Origin: Girardia tigrina
Taxonomy: Eukaryota
Length of the DNA stretch: 64,000 nucleotides
Direction of reading: 5' to 3'
Assembly: GCA_001938485.1 (NCBI GenBank)
Contig: MQRK01220918.1
Span: 1 to 64,000, forward strand
Part shown: positions 1 through 10,936 of the stretch, in pieces
Layout of the letters: every line of letters starts with the position of its first letter
Position numbering within the stretch: position 1 is the stretch's first letter
Made by a program: the position numbers and the translations under genes
Notes under the pieces: model-generated
What the model was told of the DNA's origin: nothing
Database searches by the model: none
What the model saw: the letters and a program-made list of their open reading frames with translations, nothing else

Positions 1-50
<50 letters not shown>
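1..50. repeat. (TA)n microsatellite, an expansion inside the X-box module
   Basis: Pure TA run. The homologous position in the reverse module copy (~12848-12858) has only a short tatatata. Confidence 0.9.
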
Positions 51-58
<8 letters not shown>

Positions 59-1164
59 AAATGTTATGTATTATGGTTGCTGTAACCCTGATATTTTTGA
101 TGGTTGATGTCTAGGTTTAGCTACTTTAACAGATCATGTACATGTTATGTATAATGTCTATGCATGTTTTAAATACTATAGGAGTTTTATACATGTAGAT
201 AAAATAGAAGGTTATATATCTTGGTTATGGTAACCATGGTACTTGTGATTGATGATGAGATTAATTGGGCGATTCATTAGGTATTGTATGATGGTAGACA
301 ATATACATATATCATATGGGTTTCAGATATATACGACAAAATTGATTTTTGAGCACTTTTTTGATAATTTCAGAAATGTTCGAAAAAATCGATTTATCAG
401 CACTTTTTCGAAAATGTTGACATGGAATCTGAATGCACGTATATGGATAACTATTCAAGTGCATGAGCACTTTTTTGATATTCTGCTTCCTTCTGTCTCT
501 AAAATCGATGTGTATTTTGTGTAAATTTGCACATTATGTTAATTATAGGGAAAAATAATCAATATATGAAATTTCTAATTGCACATTCAAATAAAGAATC
601 AAAATGTGCATTAAACACATAATATCTATTTTTGACACTGGTACTTTTAAAAAATGTAATGTATTGATTTTTACACTTTTGCACATGTGCAACTTAAAAA
701 GCACTGTGCTAGCACATTAGAAATGTGTGGCAAAATGTGCTCTATCGATTAGCACTTTAAAAATATCGATTAGCACATCTGGGCAGTGTGCAGTAATCGA
801 TTAGCACTTTTTTCTACGGTCCTTAGTGATAGGGTCACGGTTGCCATTGATACGGTAACTGTTACCATGGTTACAACCGCCTTGAACCATTGTATCCGTT
901 ACTAATGAAAAACATCCCTTGGTTACCGTTGCTATGGTAACGAAGACCATGGTTACCGTCACCAAGTGAACCAGAACCGTTGCTATGGTAACCGGAATAG
1001 TTGCTAAGGCGTCAGGAACCAATCAGAACCGTTGCTAATGAACCGCAAACCAATCAGAAGCGTTTCCAAGTGAACCGGAAACGTTGCTATGGTAATCGCG
1101 ACTGTTGATATGGCAACGGGCTACCACCCCAGGAGGGTGAGGGAGAACATACATTTTCCCCCTA
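51..1164 (+). mobile_element. Unclassified non-coding repeat module, copy A (X-box array, GC hairpin, ends ...cattttcccccta)
   Basis: Aligns by eye with 2690-2890 plus 3376-3524, with the reverse complement of 10937-12860, and with 13692-14420. Confidence 0.8.
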
Positions 1165-1810
1165 CTTGATATCAAAAAGCAGCCGCTCTTCCATCAGAGC
1201 TCGAATGTATACACACATCATCAACCCCGTCTGTCCTCCATTCCGCACCAGCTGATGTGGCTGCACAAATACATTTATTCTCATTTCTCTTTTTGTGAGA
1301 CACAACCATTTATATTGCGCCCATTCCTCCTTCTGGTGTGTGAGGAATATTTGGTGTGTTGATGTTTTTGTGTAGTTTTTGCATGTTTAAATGCTGTGTG
1401 TTGATTTGGGATTGTGCCTCTCCTAACCAGATGGATTATCGATATTTAATTTCTTATAATCTGAAACTAATTTATTTAAATTTAGATTTAATATTCAAAT
1501 TTTTATCTGGTCGGCCTTTGCGAACAACTCCTGGATAGTCTGTCCGCGTTCTGCTCTTTGTTGCTCTGTATTCATCTGCCAATGTAGAGGATCATTAATT
1601 CTTGCATTATTATCGAATTTCATTATTTATAATAATTAAAATAATCATTGAAACGCAGCAAAATATTTATTTTTCAGTTAAACGGAATCAAGTTAATTGT
1701 CTAGGTCCAGATATTGGAGCCACTCGCACTCGCCCCTCATTTGACCCTGCTGCTGCATCACAACGAAGTGCCTATAGCAAGCACAAAAGTCGTAGTTTTT
1801 TCGGTTGCAG

Positions 1811-2071
1811 TCACAATCGCAGTTCATCGAGCGCTCCTTTGATTTGATGGTTAAAAACTCCGACTTCGTACGCCATGACATTTCCCTCGCTGTGCGTCTC
1901 CCATCGCGATTTTAATTCCTCCACTTGTCTCTGCAAATCTCTTCTCTGGAAGACTATTCTTGTGGCAGCACGTATTTGTTCCTCTATTTCAACCGTTTCT
2001 TTATTCCGCTCCATCTGTTTCACGACAGTGATCGGCTTCTCCTTTTTTGCATTCATACTAAAAGGTTTCAT
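1811..2071 (-). CDS. Small coiled-coil-like ORF in cargo 1, possibly frameshifted into the Cys-rich ORF 1693-1881
   Basis: 86 aa with charged heptad-like sequence (EIEEQIRAATRIVFQRRDLQRQVEELK), higher GC than flanks. No recognised homolog. Confidence 0.3.
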   Translation of the reverse strand: MKPFSMNAKKEKPITVVKQMERNKETVEIEEQIRAATRIVFQRRDLQRQVEELKSRWETHSEGNVMAYEVGVFNHQIKGALDELRL

Positions 2072-2689
2072 TAAACGACATGAATCTATAGTGTTACAAT
2101 ATAAATCATATACTTTAATTTACTTATCATAATTAGATCTCATATATTTTTATTCACAAGATTTTTAATCGATTTGGGGCGGGACGGCCGCTTTCAGTGA
2201 TATCCCGACTGAGTCCCAAAAATGTCACGACCCTTCTGACACAACGACGTACGGGGACATTCGCTGATGCTGGGTATTCGGCGATATTACTATTATGTAT
2301 ATGTATTGTGATATTACTATTAAATATATGTATTAAAATGTCTATGCCTCCTTTTCTTCCTTTCTGTGAATTATGTTTTATATTATATTACTACATTAAT
2401 GTATGATAATGTATAAATGTGTTTCAACCGCAACAATGTGCAAATATAAATATGACAAACTAAAAGCGATACCAAAAAAACATTACTTGTATATATCGTG
2501 AACATCGTTCACATTGCGCTTATAAAAGGTGTTTAGCGTTGTGTCAAAATTATATTTCAATGAAATAAATGTTTATTAAATTTATTGTTTGTTTTAATGT
2601 ATAACTTTAAATAAATAAAAAAATTGAATAAAATAAACTCTGAAAAGGTATGTAGATGTTGACCCCCTGGGGGGTCTTGTGGTGTATAA

Positions 2690-3524
2690 AGCCTATGCAC
2701 GTGTTAAGTACAATAGGAGTTGTATAGATGTAAATTTTACATATAATATAAAAGGTTATGTATCTTGGTTACATTAACCATAGTACTTGTGATTGTTGAT
2801 GGGGTACTTTAGGCGATTTATTAGGTATTGTTTGATGGTAAACAACATACATTTATCACATGGGTTTCAGATATATACAAAAAATTATTTTCCAATGAAT
2901 CTATGAAGCCTAGTCGTTTGAAAAAACATATGCAGATTATACATGTTGATAAGAAGGATAAGTCAATTGAATATTTTAAGAATCTTAAGAGAAATTTCTA
3001 AAACAATTAGCAATTTCTTCAATGTTTAAAAGAGCAAGTGGGAAAGTTGATGATGGTTTGAGTGCCTCAAATAGTATTGCAGAAATTATTGCTAATGGTA
3101 TTGTTCAAAGGTGTATTGATGAGATGGTTGATGATGTTAAGCTACACCTTCTTGAAAAACTCCAACCAAAAAATTTTCTCTATAGATTGATGAGTCAACT
3201 TTATCAGACAACTCTGCTTTAGTACTTGGCTATGTAAGATATTTTGATGAAGATTTTAGCTTAAAAGAAGAGCTGTTGTTTGCTGAAACACTAACCTACG
3301 TTACTAAAGGAGATACTGTATCTATTCTGGTGAAAACATTTTTCATTAAAATGATATTCCTTTAATGAACATAATGAACCGTTGCTATGGTAACCGGAAC
3401 CTTTGCTAAGGTGATCGGAAAGGTTGCTATGGTAACTGGAACCGTTGCTAAGGTAACCGTGACCGTTGCTATGGCAACGAGGTACCCCCCGAGGGGTTAG
3501 TCCAGAACTCTCATTTTCTCCCTA
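2690..3524 (+). mobile_element. X-box module copy B, middle replaced by a hAT fragment
   Basis: 2690-2890 matches ~160-350. 3376-3524 matches the X-box array and end of copy A. Confidence 0.75.
2890..3365 (+). pseudogene. hAT (Buster/Charlie-type) transposase fragment
   Basis: Translates to SNESMKPSRLKKHM..H..KKDKSIEYF, NGIVQRCIDEM, IDEST, YVRY, EELLF; stops and frameshifts present. Confidence 0.8.
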
Positions 3525-3595
3525 ATCACTCTCAACTTATTTTTTAAGAGATTTCGATTAGACTTACGTAAGTAATTACATAATCATTCATTTAC

Positions 3596-3627
3596 TATAT
3601 AAAAGCAATAAAATGAACATAATCAGT
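3596..3627 (+). promoter_or_regulatory. TATA box plus TCAGT initiator-like core promoter
   Basis: TATATAAAAG at 3596 and TCAGT at 3623-3627, with its A 29 nt from the TATA start. Mirrored in the right arm. Confidence 0.5.
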
Positions 3628-3670
3628 GATCTGATGATGACGGTTAAACCGTCGAAATATAAAATATCAA
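3622..3670 (+). ncRNA. Hammerhead ribozyme-like core (type I, Penelope pLTR style)
   Basis: CTGATGA-t-GACGGT(taa)ACCGTC-GAAA-tataaaatatc: conserved core boxes and a perfect stem II. Stem I/III register is imperfect. Confidence 0.55.
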
Positions 3671-3792
3671 AAAATATTTTTAAATGGCGTTAATTTGTTT
3701 TTATTATTATATAACTATGACAAATTAATATAAAATAATAAAAATTAATATAAAACAAATATTCAAAGAATGTATTCACAAATTAAAATATT

Positions 3793-4716
3793 TTATTCGT
3801 CTCCAAATTGTTGATTATATAAATATTTCATTATTAATAATTGTTTCTCGACATTTTCTATCGTATTCTTCCACAATTCTCTATTTGATCCCGACTTTTT
3901 AATTGTTTCTTCGATTTCTATTTCGTATTCCTTTACTCTTTTATCTTTCTTTGAATTACAATCCGAAGATTTATTTTCGATAAATGTTTCCATATTTGTA
4001 CCATTCTCCTCCATTTCAACATCCATAAGATCTGTTTCGATCGGTTCATTGTTTGAACCAGTTAATAAATTTGTGGAATTAATATTGTTTGAAATATTTT
4101 CATTATTTAATTCTGGCAAATTATCGTAAGTATTGTTTGGATGAAATTCTTCGATTATTTCGAAATTCATTTCTTCATATTTACTTTCATTATTACCTTC
4201 ATTATTACCTTCATTATTACCTTCATTATTACCTTCATTATTATTATTTGAACACCATTCATTTATATTCTCTGAAAGGTCAATAATTTCGAAAACCTCA
4301 TTCAAATTTGTTTTCATTTCTTTTTCATCTATTTGATGAGAATCACTATCGGAATAATTTATATTTTTTTGACTCCTGGTCTTCTTCGAACCTTTTACCC
4401 AATAATGTACTCGTGGAATAGTTACATTAAACAACTTTGATATTTCCGTCAGTGATTTTCCTTCTTTATATAGTTTTATTGCTTCAATTCTTTCATTTTT
4501 AAGTTTTATACGGTTATGTTTAAATTGAGTAGGCTTATTTGTTTGTTTTAATTGAGATGTATATTGCTGGATATGTAAACCATGTTTATTTAATAAATAT
4601 AGAAGAGTATTTTTTCCCAATCCTAGAGATTTTTGAATCTCTTCAAAACTTTGACCTTTTTCAACTAATTCTTGGACTTTGGTCGTCACTGTTGACTGAT
4701 TTGCAGTATAAACCAT
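3793..4716 (-). CDS. Twin helix-turn-helix protein with acidic NNEG repeat and C-terminal coiled coil (307 aa), copy 1
   Basis: Intact intronless ORF in very AT-rich DNA. HTH-like motifs VQELVEKGQSFEEIQKSLGLGKNTL and AIKLYKEGKSLTEISKLFNVTIPRVHYWVK. No DDE domain. Confidence 0.75.
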   Translation of the reverse strand: MVYTANQSTVTTKVQELVEKGQSFEEIQKSLGLGKNTLLYLLNKHGLHIQQYTSQLKQTNKPTQFKHNRIKLKNERIEAIKLYKEGKSLTEISKLFNVTIPRVHYWVKGSKKTRSQKNINYSDSDSHQIDEKEMKTNLNEVFEIIDLSENINEWCSNNNNEGNNEGNNEGNNEGNNESKYEEMNFEIIEEFHPNNTYDNLPELNNENISNNINSTNLLTGSNNEPIETDLMDVEMEENGTNMETFIENKSSDCNSKKDKRVKEYEIEIEETIKKSGSNRELWKNTIENVEKQLLIMKYLYNQQFGDE

Positions 4717-5611
4717 TATAAAAATAAACCATTATAAAAATCGTAAATGCAACATGATTAAAGTTTAAATTATAATAATATTTTCTCCTTATTTTATTGG
4801 ATTAATAAAATAAATTATCAAAAAAATTGTATAAATAATTTTTAAAATAATTATAATTTTGCCTTTCTCAGAGACGGTAAGTACTCATAAACCGTTTTTA
4901 TTATTTTTTCGTCAAACGTCTCTTATATGACTTCGTCCATTTTACAATGACTAAATTATGATTTATATTAATTTTGATTTGATCTTTTTATTTCGACATT
5001 CGAAAATATACTATTCACTTTTATTTTAAATTTTTAGTTTCGAAAAAATCTTCATAGACGATTTTTATTTTTATCATAAAATTCGTTTTCTTATATTTTA
5101 AAGATTTTTAAAATTTATTGAGAAATATTACTTTTTATTTAGACATTCGAATAATAATTTTTATTAAATTAATATTTTTACTTATACTTAAAAATTAGAA
5201 AATGTATACTATACTTAAATTACAATTACGTTACATTATTTTTTCGTTAAAATATTTCTTTATTTTATTTCTATGAGGAATTATTTAATTTTCATTTCGT
5301 ATATAAATTCAGAATAAAATAATTTAAATTAAATTATATTTCTAAACCTCTAATTTAAATAACAATTCCATAATAAAATATTTTAAAATTATTTTGAAAA
5401 ATATTATTAACAAGATTATATTAATATTTTTAAATACATTATTTATAATTAAATAAATCTTTGCATTACAATACATTAAATCCCTTTCAAATAGATTTAA
5501 AATACTATTTTAAAATTACCGGTTTTCTCCGAAATTAAAACCACTCAAAATAATTAAAAAATTGAATTATTTTCAAAATTTAAAATCTAAAAATAAGACC
5601 GGTCTTAAAAT

Positions 5612-5655
5612 TTATTTTTGTAATTAATTTCGGTGGATTACTCGCAATCTTCAGA
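5612..5655 (-). ncRNA. Minimal hammerhead ribozyme in a Penelope pseudo-LTR
   Basis: Minus strand reads TTTTGT-CTGAAGA-ttgcgagtaatccacc-GAAA-TTAA-TT-ACAAAA: perfect stem I, palindromic TTAA stem III loop, degraded stem II. Lies downstream of a GIY-YIG 3' end. Confidence 0.65.
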
Positions 5656-5975
5656 CAAAATTTTCACTGGCTTTTTGCAGCTTATATATGAGAAAGGTGA
5701 TTTTGAAATCAATCATGTAATAAAGGCTCTATTTGAAAATGTTTAACAGAGAAGTTGAGTGTGAAGCTTGAATATTAATTTTTGGATCCATGGATCTTAT
5801 TAATAAGGCCTCACACATTACTCTCTCCCAGTAATTTTTAAATCGATTACACAGAATTTTAAAATCATTTTCTCCGATTTTCTTTTTACATTTTACAAAT
5901 TATAACCCACTTGAATCAAGGTATATTTTATCGATTTCTTATTCAGAGGGTTTTAAACATTTAAAATCATCAATT

Positions 5976-6365
5976 TTGAAAAGTTTGATCCCAAATAACA
6001 TGAATCTAAAAATTATTTCCCAATCATATAAAATTTGTGATATGTTCAGTAATAAATCTCCCACTCCTCTCGGTTTGTGCTCTGATCTTGTTTATAAATA
6101 TACATGTAATGGGTGTAATGCCACATACATTGGAGAGACATCTCGTCATCTCTGCAAACGGATCAAAGAGCATAGTCGGTTGGGTAATGGGAGCAATATT
6201 GCCGAACATAATTTAAAATGTAAAAAGAAAATCAAAGAAAATGATTTTAAAATACTGTGTATTCGATTTAAAAATTACTGGGAGAGAGTAACGTGTGAGG
6301 CCTTATTAATAAGATCCATGGATCCAAAATTAATATCCAAGCTTCACACTCAACTTCTCTGTTAA
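5976..6365 (+). pseudogene. Penelope-type GIY-YIG endonuclease fragment
   Basis: LVYKYTCNGCNATYIGETSRHLCKRIKEH...EALLIR. A 1-nt frameshift near the end relative to the inverted copy. Confidence 0.85.
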
Positions 6366-6703
6366 ACATTTTCAAATAGAGCCTTTATTACATGATTGAT
6401 TGCACAATCTTAATTGCACAATTTTAATTATAAGTCTTTATTTAATTTATTTATAATGACGTTTTAAGTTTTTGTTTTGAGAAATACTGAATTTTATTTT
6501 CAGTTATGCTACGTTTTTTTATTCAAAGTTATCCCCAGTTTTCTAGTGACAAAAAAATCTCGGGAAAAGGTTGTGAAAATTCCCGTTTCCTGGGATGCTG
6601 AATATGGCTGGGAAATGGAAGCTCTAGTAGAGATGTCTTTTACCAATATTTCTTTTTGTATTAGATATTGTTAGGGAATTAAATACAGTTGATTACAAAT
6701 TAA

Positions 6704-7098
6704 TAACGGATAACATGAAATAGTAGGACACCTACTATTTTAATAGTAGGTGGAAAAAAAATTGAAAAGGCGCCCAATATTGGTTTACACCTACTATTTG
6801 GTGCTTTTGTTTTNNNNNNNNNNNNNNNNNNNNNNNNNNNNNNNNNNNNNNNNNNNNNNNNNNNNNNNNNNNNNNNNNNNNNNNNNNNNNNNNNNNNNNN
6901 NNNNNNNNNNNNNNNNNNNNNNNNNNNNNNNNNNNNNNNNNNNNNNNNNNNNNNNNNNNNNNNNNNNNNNNNNNNNNNNNNNNNNNNTACACCTACTATT
7001 TGATTCCACCTACTATTTTAATAGTAGGTGGAAAATTTTTTGAAAACTTCATTACACCTACTATTTCATGTCCACCTACTATTTGATGTTATCCGTTA
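6704..7098. mobile_element. MITE-like element with TIRs and internal cacctactattt repeats (spans an N gap)
   Basis: TAACGGATAACAT...ATGTTATCCGTTA terminal inverted repeats. Confidence 0.7.
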
Positions 7099-9659
7099 AT
7101 TAAAAGAATAAACGTAATTTAGTAACACTAAAAATAGAGTAAATAATTGAATTATTTCAATAGAATTATCAAAGATCAAAATTTTTATGAATGCGAGGAG
7201 ATAAAATTTTGATTCTTCTGTTTTTTTAATTAACCACTTTTATCTTTTATTGAAGCGACCTTAAAGATAATTAATATTTTTCTTGTCCCAATCACTGTAC
7301 CAGTTCCTTTTTTGCGTTCTAAAATTTGATAAATTAATTTATGAGTAATCTCTTTTACGATTAAAATGTTTTTTAAGTTACTAAATTCTACAAGTAATTT
7401 TCTTGTTCTTAAAAATATTTTACAAATATGTTTATTTGATTTTTCTTTTATATTAATCAAGAATGAGATAATCAATGACGAAAATATAATAGTTGGAAAG
7501 AATGTATTGCCGGTATATATTTTTTAAGACTTTTATTATTATATTTCTTTTTTTAACCCAATTTTGAAATTTCTTTTCTGTCTTTTATTTAATATAATTT
7601 TATTTATTTTTTAAATATAAACAAAAGTTACAAAGAAATTTAAATCGCAACTTTAAGATAATTAAAATTTATTATGCTACTCAAAAATATTTCTTCGTTA
7701 TAATCATTTATTATTATTAATGAAAGAATAACAAAGTAATGTTTTTCATAAAACATTTATTTTATATTTACAATGTTTAACAATATTCAAATTTAGAATA
7801 AAATTAAAATTATCATAAAGTCATACTTTTACTCAAATTTTAAACATTAGATTTCCCAAAGATCTCATACAAATTTTGATAATTTAAAACTTAAAATATT
7901 TTAATTCATCATTTTTATTAAATGTTTTATACATTCAATATATGTTTTTTCCGAAATAACAAATATCACAAAATACAATTTTGATATTCTTCTCATTTTT
8001 AAAAAAAATTAATATTTTCTGACATTTATTTAAAATTTTTTAATTTGTTTCCTTGATCATAATTAAAAATTGTAATTATAAGAATAGTAAAAAGTATGTT
8101 CATTATGAGGAATATTTTTGAATGGATTATTCGCACTTTTGAAATGTAAATAACAACTTTAAAATTAAATTAATATTTTTAATACCGGTTTTCTCCGAAA
8201 TTAATATCACTCAATATATTTTAAAAAATTGATTTTTTTCCTCAAAATTTAAAATCTTAAATTAAGGCCGATTATTAATTTTAGTAATTAAGACCGGTCT
8301 TAATTTTAGATTTTAAATTTTGAAAATAATTCAATTTTTTAATTATTTTGAGTGGTTTTAATTTCCAAGAAAACCGGTAATTTTAAAATAGTATTTGAAA
8401 TCTATTTGAAAGTGATTTAGTGTATTGTAATGCAAAGAATTATTTAATTATAAATAATGTATTTAAAAATATTAATATAATCTTGATAATAATATTTTTC
8501 AAAATAATTTTAAAATATTTTACTATGGAATTGTTATTTAAATAAGAGGTTTAAAAGTATAATTTAAATTCATCAAGCAAGGAAGATGCATAACTACGAA
8601 TGTTTTGTGGAGAATTGTCCTGGAAACAATTCAATTTGTGATTTCAATAAAAATATTGGAAATAATTTTCATCTTCTTAATATTCATTAAACACAAAATT
8701 TAAACATTTATTTCCACTCCTTTCCTATTTTAATAATCAAAATCTTTTTTGTCTTTTAAAGATTAAAAAGCTATTAAATTTTTTAATATCTTTTATTTAA
8801 CTTAAAAATTCTCATTTTATTTACTTTTACTTTTATTTATCAATATTGTGTTTTTAATTGCTGTTTAACTTATTTAAAAATTTTATTTTTTTATTTTAAT
8901 CACTTTACAGATAAAGCTATTTATGTAAATGAATTTATTTATTTTAAAAATTTTAATTATGAAATTTTATTCTACTTAAATTAATAATTGGGTTCTTTTG
9001 TATTTAAAAAAATATTCATAGTAAGATACCGTACCCAGTATTTTAATTTAAATTATTTTATTCTGAATTTATATGCGAAATGAAAATTAAATAATTCCTC
9101 ATAGAAACAAAATAAAGAAATATTTTAACGAAAAAATTATGTAACGTAATTGTAATTTAAGTATAGTATACATTTTCTAATTTTTAAGTATAAGTAAAAA
9201 TATTAATTTCATAAAAATTATTATTCGAATGTCTAAATAAAAAGTAATATTTCTCAATAAATTTTAAAAATCTTTAAAATATAAGAAAACGAATTTTATG
9301 ATAAAAATGAAAATCATCTATGAAGATTTTTTCGAAACTAAAAATTTAAAATAAAGGTGAATAGTATATTTTCGAATGTCGAAATAAAAAGATCAAATCA
9401 AAATTAATATAAATCATAACTTAGTCATTGTAAAATGGACGAAGTCATATAAGAGACGTTTGACGAAAAAATAATAAAAACGGTTTATGAGTACTTACCG
9501 TCTGTGAGAAAGGCAAAATTATAATTATTTTAAAAATTATTTATACAAATTTTTTTGATAATTTATTTTATTAATCCAATAAAATAAGGAGAAAATATTA
9601 TTATAATTTAAACTTTAATCATGTTGCATTTACGATTTTTATAATGGTTTATTTTTATA

Positions 9660-10667
9660 ATGGTTTATACTGCAAATCAGTCAACAGTGACGACCAAAGT
9701 CCAAGAATTAGTTGAAAAAGGTCAAAGTTTTGAAGAGATTCAAAAATCTCTAGGATTGGGAAAAAATACTCTTCTATATTTATTAAATAAACATGGTTTA
9801 CATATCCAGCAATATACATCTCAATTAAAACAAACAAATAAGCCTACTCAATTTAAACATAACCGTATAAAACTTAAAAATGAAAGAATTGAAGCAATAA
9901 AACTATATAAAGAAGGAAAATCACTGACGGAAATATCAAAGTTGTTTAATGTAACTATTCCACGAGTACATTATTGGGTAAAAGGTTCGAAGAAGACCAG
10001 GAGTCAACAAAATATAAATTATTCCGATAATGATTCTCATCAAATAGATGAAAAAGAAATGAAAACAAATTTGAATGAAGTTTTCGAAATTATTGACCTT
10101 TCAGAGAATATAAATGAATGGTGTTCAAATAATAATAATGAAGGTAATAATGAAGGTAATAATGAAGGTAATAATGAAGGTAATAATGAAGGTAATAATG
10201 AAGGTAATAATGAAGGTAATAATGAAGGTAATAATGAAGGTAATAATGAAGGTAATGATGAAGGTAATAATGAAAGTAAATATGAAGAACTGAATTTCGA
10301 AATAATCGAAGAATTTCATCCAAACAATACTTACGATAATTTGCCAGAATTAAATAATGAAAATATTTCAAACAATATTAATTCCACAAGTTTATTAATT
10401 GGTTCAAACAATGAACCGATCGAAACAGATCTTATAGATGTTGAAATGGAGGAGAATGGTACAAATATGGAAACACTTATCGAAAATAAATCTTCGGATT
10501 GTAATGCAAAGAAAGATGAAAGAGTAAAAGAATATGAAATAGAAATCGAAGAAATAATCAAAAAATCGGGATCAAATAGAGAATTGTTGAAGAATGCGAT
10601 TGAAAATGTCGAGAAACAATTATTAATAATGAAATATTTATATAATCAACAATTTGGAGACGAATAA
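9660..10667 (+). CDS. Twin helix-turn-helix protein (335 aa), copy 2
   Basis: Inverted paralog of 3793-4716. The 28 extra aa equal 7 more 12-bp NNEG units. Confidence 0.75.
   Translation: MVYTANQSTVTTKVQELVEKGQSFEEIQKSLGLGKNTLLYLLNKHGLHIQQYTSQLKQTNKPTQFKHNRIKLKNERIEAIKLYKEGKSLTEISKLFNVTIPRVHYWVKGSKKTRSQQNINYSDNDSHQIDEKEMKTNLNEVFEIIDLSENINEWCSNNNNEGNNEGNNEGNNEGNNEGNNEGNNEGNNEGNNEGNNEGNDEGNNESKYEELNFEIIEEFHPNNTYDNLPELNNENISNNINSTSLLIGSNNEPIETDLIDVEMEENGTNMETLIENKSSDCNAKKDERVKEYEIEIEEIIKKSGSNRELLKNAIENVEKQLLIMKYLYNQQFGDE
10134..10274 (+). repeat. 12-bp coding minisatellite (aataatgaaggt)n encoding NNEG
   Basis: Direct tandem array; shorter in copy 1 (~4186-4242). Confidence 0.9.
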
Positions 10668-10936
10668 AATATTTTAATTTGTGAATACATTCTTTGAATA
10701 TTTTTTTTATATTAATTTTTAATTATTTTATATTAATTTGTCATACTTATTTATTAATAAAAACAAATTAACGCCATTTAAAAATATTTTTTGATATTTT
10801 ATATTTTGACAGTTTAACCGTCTTCATCAGATCACTGATTACGTTCATTTAATTGCTTTTATATAATAAATGAATGATTATGCAATTAATTACGTAAGTC
10901 TAATCGAAATCTCTTAAAAAATAAGTTGAGAGTGAG

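Larger units (their letters stand above)
5612..6400. mobile_element. Penelope-like element 3' end with inverted partial duplication
   Basis: 5707-5896 is the reverse complement of ~6214-6400. GIY-YIG ORF and hammerhead present. Confidence 0.8.

Noticed and set aside
249-1022. ORFs within the X-box module (also 11891-14313)
   Set aside because: VTIATVT-type peptides are translations of the DNA repeat, and frames are not preserved between copies.
3381-3478. CRISPR-like array
   Set aside because: Eukaryotic context, 7-bp similar linkers rather than unique spacers, and no cas genes.
7230-7475. Third diverged HTH paralog in the palindrome spacer
   Set aside because: Only a KNINY pentapeptide match in a stop-ridden, AT-rich frame.
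10090-10371. HYYL- and FIIT-repeat ORFs (also 4089-4286)
   Set aside because: Antisense shadows of the NNEG minisatellite.
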